Numbered from the stretch's first letter, positions 21,517-30,200 are shown. The stretch: 32,000 nucleotides of DNA from Salinispora tropica CNB-440 (GCF_000016425.1 NC_009380.1:1150144-1182143); one strand, 5' to 3'. Made by a program: numbers and translations. Notes: generated by a model from the sequence alone, not told the origin.

Positions 21517-22539
21517 CTAGGTCGACCAGGCGGGTGCGGCGGGGTCCGTAGCAAAAGAGGCTCCATGATCGAAGATATCAGTGCTGCCAGGGGAACTCAC
21601 CCCGTCGTCCGCCGTCGTGCAGTAGACGCTCCGGACAGCGTCATCGAGCAGGGAAACGAATAGCTCCGCACGGCTGCTGAGAGCCAGGCCGGGTATGGTC
21701 GCCACACCAAGCCAGGATGCGCACGGGCGTTCGGAGACGATGTCGATCCAGGCGAGTTCCTGTCGGTAGCACTGGCTGGCTGCGGTCCGGTATAGCAGGG
21801 CGAAGCCCTCGCCGACCCCGACGAGGCCAAGCATCGTGGCGATGCTCGATGTCAGCACCACCTCTGGCGTGGGGGTGCCGGCGTCGGCGAACAGCCGTGT
21901 CCGGGTGTCCAGGCCGACTTGGCGATCAACGTCCAGGTCGGCCACGAGGAGACGCCGGGTGGCCAACTGTCGAAGCGTTGCGCGCCCCACGGGCGCCAGC
22001 GGATCGGACCATGCAACGACCGCTGCCATGAGCACCTTCGCCAGCCGGGCGAACGACAGAGCCTGACCTGGCAGCTCCGGGACTACGGCGAGTTCACACG
22101 TGCCCGTGCGCAGCAGTTCGAGAACATCGTCCATGGTTCCCTCGTGGACGGTGACCGCCAGCCCAGGGCGCATCTTCTTTACTCGGCTCATCACAGCCGG
22201 CACCAGATCGGGCGCGACTGAGCGGAGAACGGCCACATTGAGCATTCCGCAGGTCTCGCCCTGCCACTCGCGGCTGTGGGCGAGCATCTCCTGCGCCTGG
22301 GCCAGCAACGACTTCGCGGGGTCGAGCAGGACGCGGCCGCTGGGAGTCAGGCTGACTCCTTTGGTGCGGTGCCGGAAGAACAGCTTGGTGTCCAGTTGTT
22401 TCTCCAGGCGCTGGATCGCCATCGAGACGGCCGACTGCGAAGCATGTAATTGCTGTGCCGCGCCGGATATGTTTCCCATCTCGGCGGAAGTTACGAAGTA
22501 CCGGAGTTGAGCCAGGCTGAAGTCCGCGTGATCGGCCAC
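21517..22539 (-). CDS. salR3: LysR-family transcriptional regulator
   Basis: N-terminal wHTH: FSLAQLRYFVTSAEMGNISGAAQQLHASQSAVSMAIQRLEKQL. LTTR effector domain follows. GTG 22539 has GGGAGG 7 nt upstream. At 340 aa it is about 35 aa longer than typical LTTRs, with a low-complexity tail next to the IS relic. Confidence 0.9.
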   Translation of the reverse strand: MADHADFSLAQLRYFVTSAEMGNISGAAQQLHASQSAVSMAIQRLEKQLDTKLFFRHRTKGVSLTPSGRVLLDPAKSLLAQAQEMLAHSREWQGETCGMLNVAVLRSVAPDLVPAVMSRVKKMRPGLAVTVHEGTMDDVLELLRTGTCELAVVPELPGQALSFARLAKVLMAAVVAWSDPLAPVGRATLRQLATRRLLVADLDVDRQVGLDTRTRLFADAGTPTPEVVLTSSIATMLGLVGVGEGFALLYRTAASQCYRQELAWIDIVSERPCASWLGVATIPGLALSSRAELFVSLLDDAVRSVYCTTADDGVSSPGSTDIFDHGASFATDPAAPAWST

Positions 22540-22690
22540 TGCAACGCCTCCCTTCTTAGATGACGGTGCTGTAGTCGCGTTCCCAGGTCAGGGGGTTCGC
22601 AGCTATCCTCGGTTTCGCTTCGTCTAGAACAACGAGGGGTCGGTCTTTTCTTTGGGTTCGGCCGACTCCGTGGTAACCGCAGGCGTCATT

Positions 22691-22719
22691 ACGGTAATCA
22701 CTATTGTCGTGATTACCGT
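22691..22719. promoter_or_regulatory. Perfect 11-bp inverted repeat ACGGTAATCAC-N7-GTGATTACCGT about 150 nt upstream of the LysR gene; candidate operator
   Basis: Read directly: arms 22691-22701 and 22709-22719. A G9 run follows at 22753-22761, then an AT-rich tract at about 22800-22900. Confidence 0.3.
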
Positions 22720-22989
22720 GAGCTGATGCCACACGGATGGTCCGTTCGTTGAGGGGGGGGGTGGGTCAACTCCCTTGCAGTGCGACACGAATGTGTACTG
22801 AAAGTGAACCGATCTAATATACGTCTATTCTAAATCGACTTCCGCGATATGTGTCAAGTCCACTACGCAAAGAACCTACTGTAATTGTCTGACTACTCAG
22901 TGATATCGGGCGAGGTTGGTGTCGGTCGGGTAGCGATCGCTGGGTGCGGTGGGTGATCTGGACGCCGCCCGTGGTGGCTGCTTGCGGGA

Positions 22990-23345
22990 TGGTGTGCAGG
23001 TGATCCTGTGGTATCCCCGGACCCGGCAGAACAAGGAATCGGGGAACTGCTGACCGTCTACGACGCACTCATCGACCACGCCGTGACCGCCGCGGTCGAC
23101 CTCAGCATCGATCCCGACGAGATCTCCTACCGCCGCTTTGCACACGGCCCGCGACCAACCTGATCGCTTCCACACCCGGCCGGGCCTGCGGGCCACCACA
23201 GCGACTCCGTAGACCTACAAGCGATGATCAACGTTACTCTCAGAGAACGCAGAGGCCGGACCCGGACCGGTCCACGAACGAAAACATGAGAAACTCAGCA
23301 CACCCGCGACGTCGGCTACACGATCATCATCACAGAATCAAATCT
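22990..23345 (+). pseudogene. IS4-family transposase 3' relic (frameshifted)
   Basis: The frame ending at TGA 23161-23163 reads SPDPAEQGIGELLTVYDALIDHAVTAAVDLSIDPDEISYRRFAHGPRPT. This resembles the IS4-type C-terminal region (..PD.V.QEIWG.LL.Y.AL......AA...IDPDRISF...). Downstream frames look like a degraded tail (VGYTIIITES). Low-GC flanks. Confidence 0.45.
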
Positions 23346-23645
23346 GCCTCAACAACCTAACCGCCACCATGCGTGGTGCACCTGGTCGCGAATGAGGCCG
23401 TTCATCACTTCGCCCGCGGTGTTGCTGGGGAAGTCGGCGTCGTCCCAGCGTAGGGGCGAGAAGCTCGATCGGCTGACCGGACTTTCACCCATCAGACGGG
23501 GTCGGACTCGTCGCCGCGCGCATCAGATTCTGCTACGCCGAGCTGGTCGGCTTCGGAAAGAGGCAATGACCACCGGCCCGTACCCAGCCTCGAGCCCGAG
23601 GGCCGCGGTGTGGCTGCCCGCGATCGGTCTGCTGGTGGCGAGCGA

Positions 23646-24101
23646 TCAGCCCAGGAAGCGAAAGACGGGTTCGGCGACACAGACGGGCTTGTCGTCGCCC
23701 TGTCGTTCAACCGAGGCGGCGGCCGTCACCTGCAGTCCGCCCCTAACCGGTTCGATATCGACGAGGGTGGCGGACAGGCGTAGCTTGGCACCGACCGGAA
23801 CAGCAGCAGGGAAGCGGACCCTGTTGAGCCCGTAGTTCACCACCATGCCGGCATCCGAGACGGTGAGAATCTCGCTCCACATTGGGATCATCAACGACAG
23901 GGTCAGGAAGCCGTGGCCGATCGGACCGCCGAAGGGGCTCTCTCTCACCGCCCGATCGGCATCGACGTGGATCCACTGGTGGTCGTCGGTGGCGTCGGCG
24001 AAGGTGCCGACGCGCTCCTGCGTAATCTCACTCCAGGAGCTTGGGCCGAGCACACATCCCTTCAGCGAGGGCAGTCCGGCCAGGGTGGTCGTAGTGGTCA
24101 T
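23646..24101 (-). CDS. salS: MaoC-like (R)-specific enoyl-CoA hydratase/dehydratase
   Basis: 151-aa hot-dog fold protein with the MaoC signature FADATDDHQWIHVDADRA...GGPIGHGFLTLS. GGAGGA sits 5 nt upstream of ATG 24101. Confidence 0.9.
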   Translation of the reverse strand: MTTTTTLAGLPSLKGCVLGPSSWSEITQERVGTFADATDDHQWIHVDADRAVRESPFGGPIGHGFLTLSLMIPMWSEILTVSDAGMVVNYGLNRVRFPAAVPVGAKLRLSATLVDIEPVRGGLQVTAAASVERQGDDKPVCVAEPVFRFLG

Positions 24102-24306
24102 TCACTTCCTCCGTTGATAGTGGGTAGCGGTCGGCGCCCAACGGCCTCGGGCTGCCCGGAGGCGGGGATGGTACTGGTGGCTGCCGCAGCCGCCGTTCGC
24201 CGCTTCCCACGGCGAACGCTGACAGCGCAACCATCTCCAGAACGAGCGGGAATATCGCCATTGCCGTGAAGCCATAACGGCACCTCGTCAACTGGGGAGC
24301 AGCCGC

Positions 24307-25110
24307 TCAACCGGCGTCGAGGTCCACGGGAACGGCGAAGGCGCGCGAGCAGGGACAGGTGCGTTCCACCGGTAGCGCAGCGACGGCATCGAAGAGTACG
24401 CGTCGCAGGACGGTCACGTTCTTCGCAAAGGCCCGCAGCACCTCGTCGTGGGTCACGCCCTGGCTGCCTTCCACGCCGGCGTCGAGGTCGGTTACCAAAG
24501 CGATGCTGGTGTAGCAGAGTGCGAGCTCGCGGGCGAGCGCGGCCTCGGGCTGGCCGGTCATGTTGATGATGGTGCCGCCGGCGGCCGCGTGCCACCGTGA
24601 CTCGGCACGGGTCGAGAACCGTGGCCCGTCGATTACGACCATGGTGCCGCCGTCGACGCGGTTTACCCGTTCCGCCGCGGCCAACGCGGCGCGGCGCCCG
24701 TCCGGGCAATACGGCTCTGCGAAGGTCGTATGCACTGCGCCGGTGTCGCAGAAGGTCTGCTCCCGCCCACTCGTGCGGTCGATCAGCTGATCCGGCACGA
24801 CGAACGTGCCGGCAATGAAGTCCGGCCGAAGGCCGCCCACTGCGCACGGTGCAAGGATCTGCCGCACACCCAGCGAACGCAGCGCCCAGATGTTGGCCCG
24901 GTACGGGATTCTGTGCGGCGGGAAACGGTGGTCCCGCCCGTGCCGCGGTAGGAAGGCGACCTGGCGGCTGTTCAACTCTGCCACCGTGATCAGATCCGAC
25001 GGCGCGCCATACGGCGTGGAGATTTTCACCTCTTCGGTCTCGCCCAGCAACTCGTACAGACCCGTGCCGCCGATGACGCCGATGTCCGCGTTCAGATTCG
25101 GAGCGCTCAT
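24307..25110 (-). CDS. salT: MTAP-family purine nucleoside phosphorylase (5'-chloro-5'-deoxyadenosine phosphorylase type)
   Basis: MTAP motifs IGVIGGTGLYEL, FLPRHGRDHRFPPHRIPYRANIWALRSLGV and INMTGQPEAALARELALCYTSIALVTDLD. ATG 25110 (MSAPNLNADIGVIGG) is preferred. The track start at 25290 adds 60 Arg/Pro-rich codons and overlaps salU. Confidence 0.9.
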   Translation of the reverse strand: MSAPNLNADIGVIGGTGLYELLGETEEVKISTPYGAPSDLITVAELNSRQVAFLPRHGRDHRFPPHRIPYRANIWALRSLGVRQILAPCAVGGLRPDFIAGTFVVPDQLIDRTSGREQTFCDTGAVHTTFAEPYCPDGRRAALAAAERVNRVDGGTMVVIDGPRFSTRAESRWHAAAGGTIINMTGQPEAALARELALCYTSIALVTDLDAGVEGSQGVTHDEVLRAFAKNVTVLRRVLFDAVAALPVERTCPCSRAFAVPVDLDAG

Positions 25111-25157
25111 TCTTTCCCCCTGCGGATGCCGATGTGCCTTGGGATGTGTCGAAGGGA

Positions 25158-26594
25158 TCAGCCGCGTAGAATCTCGGCGACCAGCAACGCGAGTTCTAAG
25201 CTCTGCCGCATGTTCAGCCGCGGGTCGCAGGCAGTCTCGTAGCGATCCGGTAGGTGTTGGTCCTCGACGCCACGTATCCCGTCGAGGCACTCGGTGACGT
25301 TCTCACCGGTGAGCTCGACGTGGACGCCTCCCGGATGGGTGCCCAGACTGCGGTGCACGTCGAAGTAGCCCAGCAACTCGTCAACGACCCGGTCGAGGCG
25401 CCGGGTCTTGAAGCCGTGTGAGGACTGCTCGGTGTTGCCGTGCATCGGATCGCACTGCCAAACGACCTTGGCGCCCGCGGCCGTGACCTTGTCGACGATC
25501 GCCGGAAACACGTCACGTACCTGGCGGTTGCCCATGCGGCTGATCAGGGTGAGCCGCCCGGGCAGGTTCTCGGGGTTGAGCCGCTCGCACAGCTCGATCG
25601 CAGCATGCGGGCTGGCGGCCGGGCCGAGCTTCACGCCGATTGGGTTGGCGATACGCGCGACAAAGTCGACGTGCGCGTGGTCAAGCTGGCGGGTGCGTTC
25701 GCCGACCCACAGAAAGTGACCCGACAACGCGTATGCCCGGCCGTCGTTGATTCGGGTCAGCGCCCGGTCGTACTCGAGCACCAGCGCCTCGTGCGAGCAG
25801 TACACCTTTGATTCCCGCAACGCGTGGCGCTCGCTCGGCCCCCACGCGCGGACGAAGCCGCGCGCCCGGTCGATCTCGCCGGAGATGACCTGGTACCGGG
25901 CTCCGGCCGGGGAAGCGCGGATGAGGTCGTAGGTATCGTCGTACAGCTCTTCGAGGTCGGTCAGATCGTCCGGCGGATAGGCGCGGATGAGGTTCATCGC
26001 GACCGCGGAATTCGCGTACGCATCGATCATGCGCTGCGGATCGGCGGCCCGCGCCGACTCGGCCGGGTGCCGCGCATTGATAATATCGCCACGGTACGCG
26101 GGCAACCCCAGGGAATCGGTCGCCGAGGATCGGGGCTTCCCGTACTGGCCGGCGAGGCGCGCCACCTTCACCACCGGAACGGAACCGCCGTACGTTATCG
26201 CCATCGCCATCTGCAGCAGCGTCCGCGTGGTGCCCAGCAGGTGGCTCTCAGTGTTTCCGGTGAACGTCTCGGCGCAGTCGCCGCCCTGTAACAGGAAGGC
26301 GCGTCCTTCGCATACCTCGGCCAGGCGGTGACGCAGTTCATCGACCTCGTAGGGTGTGACGATCGGCGGCATTTTGCCGAGTGTCGCGCACACTGCTGCC
26401 ACCTCGGCGGGATCGGGCCAGGGTGGCACCTGCCGCCGGGGTAGCTCGCGCCACCGGTCTAGGCAGAGTTCTCTGTCGCCATCGTTCGTCGCTGGTGGCG
26501 AATGGCGGATCGACCGCTCCACGCCGGGTCGCATGCGCGTTCCATACACACCAAAATCGCCTCTCGTATGGGGCAGGAGTTGATTCGTTGCCAT
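25158..26594 (-). CDS. salU: Class II (plant/AroAII-type) 3-deoxy-D-arabino-heptulosonate-7-phosphate synthase
   Basis: Motifs LLQGGDCAETF, GQYGKPRSS, YRGDIIN, HFLWVGERTRQ and NPIGVKLGP. Start uncertain: ATG 26594 is the longest, but ATG 26534 gives an N-terminus closer in length to known class II enzymes. Confidence 0.9.
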   Translation of the reverse strand: MATNQLLPHTRGDFGVYGTRMRPGVERSIRHSPPATNDGDRELCLDRWRELPRRQVPPWPDPAEVAAVCATLGKMPPIVTPYEVDELRHRLAEVCEGRAFLLQGGDCAETFTGNTESHLLGTTRTLLQMAMAITYGGSVPVVKVARLAGQYGKPRSSATDSLGLPAYRGDIINARHPAESARAADPQRMIDAYANSAVAMNLIRAYPPDDLTDLEELYDDTYDLIRASPAGARYQVISGEIDRARGFVRAWGPSERHALRESKVYCSHEALVLEYDRALTRINDGRAYALSGHFLWVGERTRQLDHAHVDFVARIANPIGVKLGPAASPHAAIELCERLNPENLPGRLTLISRMGNRQVRDVFPAIVDKVTAAGAKVVWQCDPMHGNTEQSSHGFKTRRLDRVVDELLGYFDVHRSLGTHPGGVHVELTGENVTECLDGIRGVEDQHLPDRYETACDPRLNMRQSLELALLVAEILRG

Positions 26595-26825
26595 TCCTTG
26601 TCGGCCATGGATGACAGGCTGGAAACAGCCGAGCCAATCATATCACCGGAGTTTAATGAATATGAGCATCCTTTATCATCAGTTCAATCGATAGAGGATA
26701 TCAAGAAACTTCCATTGAACGGGCTGCGGGGCATCGGACAGACTCGGCCCTGGAGATTCCCGGCTAGGGTCAGTAGCGCATGTTCAGCCCGTTCTTCAGG
26801 TATGGCTGATTTCGGGAAGGGCTAA

Positions 26826-27125
26826 ATGATCACGCATATCGTACTCTTCAAGCTCAAGGATGGCGTAGACCGCGACGCCCGGCAGGTCACCGAGGCGGTG
26901 GAGCTCGCCCGTGAGGTCGGCCGCCACGTACCGGAACTCGTCGACTGGCGCACCGGCTGGAACACGGTCGACCGGGACATCGCCTACGACTTCGCCGCCA
27001 TTGGCGTGCTGGCTGATCTGGTGGCACTGCAGCGCTACCAGGAAAATGCATTCCACCGAGCCGCCATCGAGAAGTGGAGACTGATATCCGACTGGGTCGT
27101 GGCCGACCTGGCTGACCCTGATTGA
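26826..27125 (+). CDS. Dabb (stress-responsive dimeric alpha/beta-barrel) domain protein; function unknown
   Basis: 99-aa ORF, MITHIVLFKLKDG...YDFAAIGVLADLVALQRYQENAFHRAA, a typical Dabb pattern. GGGAAGGG lies upstream. First gene of the plus-strand operon. Confidence 0.85.
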   Translation: MITHIVLFKLKDGVDRDARQVTEAVELAREVGRHVPELVDWRTGWNTVDRDIAYDFAAIGVLADLVALQRYQENAFHRAAIEKWRLISDWVVADLADPD

Positions 27126-27157
27126 CCTGCGCGACCATACCGTCGAATCGCCCTAAC

Positions 27158-28588
27158 ATGTGGGGGCTCGGAATGTTCACACAGTACTATCCGGAAGACG
27201 CCGCTCTCACAGTCGAGCTGCGTAATCAGGTTGAGGCGTTCATTGCCGGCAAGTGGGACGCGGCGATGCTGGCAGCGCACCAGACCCGCAAGCTGCGTGA
27301 GGTCGTTGCTTTTGCCCGCGACAACTCGCCGTTTTACGGGGAGCGCCTGGTCGGGGTGACCGACGAGGTGATCGCGGCCCTGCACCCCGGTAACCTGCGC
27401 GACCTCCCGTTCACGACGAAGGATGACCTGCGGCGGGCGCAGTTCGACATGTTGTCGCGGCCGCTCTCCGACGCGTGGATCTTCTACGAAACCACGGGCA
27501 CCACTGGTGTTGCGACACCGTGTCCACGTACCAATGTGGACTCTTTACACAACAACACCATTCTCACGGCGTACTACCGCGACATTTTCGGCGCGCGTGG
27601 CAGCGGCCAGGTCATCGGTATCTCGGGCCCGAGTGAGCTGCACTCTACCGGCGACACCTTCGGCGACGTTTGCCGCAGCCTGGGCCACGCGGTCGCCAAG
27701 ATGTGGCCACACTCGCCGATGGTCGGCTTCGACCGGGCCCTGGAACTGATGCGTCGGCTACCCGTGACCGGCCTGTTCTGCACGCCCGGCATGGCCATGC
27801 ACCTGGCACAGCGAGCCATCGACGCCGGGCTGCGGCCGCGGCTGGACTTCTCCCTCGATCTGCTGCTGCTCACCGGCGAGCTGCTCTCGCCTAGTCTGCT
27901 GACCAACATCGGCCTGCTCTGGGACGCCGAGGTGCACAACGTGCTCTACGCCTCACAGGAGGCCTCCGTGCTAGCGGCGGCGACTTCGGACGGTCGGCTG
28001 CGAACCGCCCCGCTGATCAACCTCTACGAGGTCATCGATCCCGACAGCGGGGAACCGGTCGATTCCGACGGTGCCGGCCAGTGCTACGGCGAGCTCGTGG
28101 TCACCAACCTCTACTTGGGCGCCAAGCCTCTCATCAGATACCGCACCGGAGACCTGGTCCGGATGACCGAGTCTGGCGTGTCTGCCGCCGTGCCCGCACC
28201 CTCGGTCGAGGTCCTCGGCCGGGCACACGATCGGTTGACGCTCAACGGACACCTCATCAGCGGATATGACTTCGAGAATCTTTTGCTCGGCCAGTTCCGT
28301 GGCTTCTGTGACTACCAGGTCACAATCAAGCGCGACGATGCTGGCGTCGATCGAGTCGCTCTGACGCTGCGGTCCGATCCCACCATCGGCTTTCCGAGCG
28401 TCGAGGGTGCCGTGCAGCAGTGCCTCGACGAGCTCGACACGCCGCTGACCGTACGGTTCGGCACTCCCGGCGCGATCACCGGGACTGGCGCGATGGTGAG
28501 CTGGAAGGCTGCCCGCGTGATCGACCAGCGGACCGGCCAGTCGGACGAGGTCGAAGCGGCCGAGAACATCGCGGCGTCGAGGTCCTGA
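27158..28588 (+). CDS. PaaK / coenzyme-F390-synthetase-like adenylate-forming enzyme (ANL superfamily); substrate unknown
   Basis: Motifs LRDLPFTTKDDLR, YETTGTTGVATP (P-loop equivalent of SSGTTGKPT), GELVVTNLYLGAKPLIRYRTGD and a C-terminal SWKAARVIDQR lysine. The track start at 27122 is TTG. ATG 27158 or 27173 is more plausible. Possibly salV by cluster lettering. Confidence 0.85.
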   Translation: MWGLGMFTQYYPEDAALTVELRNQVEAFIAGKWDAAMLAAHQTRKLREVVAFARDNSPFYGERLVGVTDEVIAALHPGNLRDLPFTTKDDLRRAQFDMLSRPLSDAWIFYETTGTTGVATPCPRTNVDSLHNNTILTAYYRDIFGARGSGQVIGISGPSELHSTGDTFGDVCRSLGHAVAKMWPHSPMVGFDRALELMRRLPVTGLFCTPGMAMHLAQRAIDAGLRPRLDFSLDLLLLTGELLSPSLLTNIGLLWDAEVHNVLYASQEASVLAAATSDGRLRTAPLINLYEVIDPDSGEPVDSDGAGQCYGELVVTNLYLGAKPLIRYRTGDLVRMTESGVSAAVPAPSVEVLGRAHDRLTLNGHLISGYDFENLLLGQFRGFCDYQVTIKRDDAGVDRVALTLRSDPTIGFPSVEGAVQQCLDELDTPLTVRFGTPGAITGTGAMVSWKAARVIDQRTGQSDEVEAAENIAASRS

Positions 28589-29550
28589 TGGCGGGCTTGG
28601 ACCGGGCAGCGTCGCCCGGACTGCGGCTCGGACGCTGGGCCTACCACCGCGGCGAGTTCGTGCCGGCGTCTGATCCGCAGTTGCCGCTCAGCACGCAGGC
28701 TTTGCACTATGGGATCGGTGTATTCGAGGGGATTCGGGCGTACCGCAGCGCTGACGGCCTGTTTCTGTTCCGTGCGTACGACCACTACGAGCGCATGCTG
28801 CGTGGCTGCCGAACGCTGAGGATTCCGCTGCCGGGGAAGCCCGGCGATCTGGTCGACATCACCGTCGAGCTGCTGCGGCGCAATGCTCACGATGAAGACG
28901 TGTACGTGCGGCCGGTGGCCTACAAGCTCTCGTTGCTGCCCGGCATGCCACCTGGCGTATTCCTGAGCGGGCTGTCGGACGCCATGTCGATCATCAGCTA
29001 CAGCCTGCCGGTTGAGCGGCTCGGCCAGGGCGTGCGGTGTGGCATCAGCTCCTGGCGGCGCCCGCCACGCGACACACTGCCCGCCCAGGCGAAGATCACC
29101 GGAGGCTATGTGACGAGCGCTTTCGCTACCGACGAGGCACGAGCAGGCGGGCAGGACGACGCCATCCTGCTTGACCGCTCGGGCAACGTGGCCGAGGCGA
29201 CAACCGCCAACGTCTTCACGGTCCGCGACGGTTGCCTGGTCACCCCCCCGACAACCGGAGACCTGCTGCCCGGCATTACCAGGGACACGCTCCTCACGCT
29301 CATCCGCGAGGTGGGCCTGCCCGTCGCTGAGCGGTCGGTCAGCCCCGCCGAGCTGTTCTCCGCAGACGAGGTTTTCCTCTGTTCCACCGGCAAAGGTGTG
29401 GTGCCGGTCATCGCCGTGGCAGGCCGTGACGTCGGCACCGGTGCGATCGGCCCAGTTACCGCCAAGGTCCGTGCGCTCTACGCGGCCGCGACGACCATGC
29501 CGGGCGGTATTCACGCGGACTGGCTTACTCCCGTCATGGAGACACCGTGA
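28588..29550 (+). CDS. salW: Class IV (branched-chain / D-amino-acid type) PLP aminotransferase
   Basis: ALHYGIGVFEGIRAY and the catalytic-Lys region PAQAKITGGYVTS. ATG 28588 overlaps the upstream stop (TGATG). The track ORF from 28420 adds an Arg-rich extension inside the preceding gene. Confidence 0.9.
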   Translation: MAGLDRAASPGLRLGRWAYHRGEFVPASDPQLPLSTQALHYGIGVFEGIRAYRSADGLFLFRAYDHYERMLRGCRTLRIPLPGKPGDLVDITVELLRRNAHDEDVYVRPVAYKLSLLPGMPPGVFLSGLSDAMSIISYSLPVERLGQGVRCGISSWRRPPRDTLPAQAKITGGYVTSAFATDEARAGGQDDAILLDRSGNVAEATTANVFTVRDGCLVTPPTTGDLLPGITRDTLLTLIREVGLPVAERSVSPAELFSADEVFLCSTGKGVVPVIAVAGRDVGTGAIGPVTAKVRALYAAATTMPGGIHADWLTPVMETP

Positions 29551-30200
29551 CCAAAGCAACGACGTCGTTACCCTGTTTCGTCACCCTCACACCCGCCGCT
29601 GCGGGTGGGACGCCGACCGTGGGCACGCTGGGTCCGCCCGGCACGAGCAGCGAGCTGGCCGCGACACTGCTCGCTGGCCGGCTCGGAGCGGCCGATCCCG
29701 GGACGGTCGAGGGCGGGCCGACCAGAGTGCGGCTCTTCGATACCTATGAGAGAGCCGGGAGCGCACTGCGCGCGCGCTTGGTGACGCACGTGGTCGTGGC
29801 CAACGCCTACAAGGCCGTGCACGAGTTCTACATGGACCCGGATTTCGAGCTGGCCGTGGTGTTCGTTCTGGACACCCCGATGTACGGCATCGCCAAGCGG
29901 CGTGGTGCCGGTGCCTCGCCGCCTTCACCCACCATCGCGAGCCACCCGTCACCCGTACCCATCATCGGGCAGTTGCTGAACGGGTCCGGCGCCCACGTGG
30001 TGATGCACGCCGACTCGACCAGCTCGGCCGCACTCGCCGCCGCGGAGGGTCGGGTCGACCTGGCGCTCACCACGGCACCCGCCGCGCAGCTGTACGACCT
30101 GGAGTTCATCACGCGCACAAGATGCATTCGTATGGTCTGGTCTGCTTTTGTCCTATCGGATCCAGCTCAGGCCACTACGGAGTCAGACGGAGTCGCCTGA
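29547..30200 (+). CDS. salX: Prephenate dehydratase-fold protein (BacA/AerD/SalX-type non-aromatising prephenate decarboxylase)
   Basis: PDT-domain N-terminus VGTLGPPGTSSELAA, and a short 217-aa protein with no ACT domain. GTGA overlap with the aminotransferase stop. An alternative in-frame start is GTG 29619. Confidence 0.85.
   Translation: MTKATTSLPCFVTLTPAAAGGTPTVGTLGPPGTSSELAATLLAGRLGAADPGTVEGGPTRVRLFDTYERAGSALRARLVTHVVVANAYKAVHEFYMDPDFELAVVFVLDTPMYGIAKRRGAGASPPSPTIASHPSPVPIIGQLLNGSGAHVVMHADSTSSAALAAAEGRVDLALTTAPAAQLYDLEFITRTRCIRMVWSAFVLSDPAQATTESDGVA

Noticed and set aside
20730-21663. ORFs 20730-21134 (-, 134 aa) and 21127-21663 (+, 178 aa) as real genes. Also a start-less, non-Arg-rich minus-strand frame at 20965-21190 ending inside H2.
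   Set aside because: The first two are Arg/Pro-rich junk frames lying over transposase relics. The third has only moderate GC3 by my rough count, no start codon and no recognisable motif, so at best it is another gene remnant.
22753-22761. The G9 homopolymer as a phase-variation switch or G-quadruplex.
   Set aside because: It is a single tract in non-coding relic DNA, and there are not enough G-runs for a canonical quadruplex. It is kept only as a minor note within the salR3 upstream finding.
22814-23199. Small minus-strand ORFs 22814-23068 and 22897-23199 upstream of salR3.
   Set aside because: They overlap the plus-strand IS4-like relic, have no RBS, and their translations are low-complexity.
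23392-23835. ORF 23392-23835 (+), and the 250 nt downstream of salS, as a possible extra gene.
   Set aside because: The plus-strand ORF overlaps salS antisense. I translated all minus-strand frames of 23386-23645 and found no family motif.
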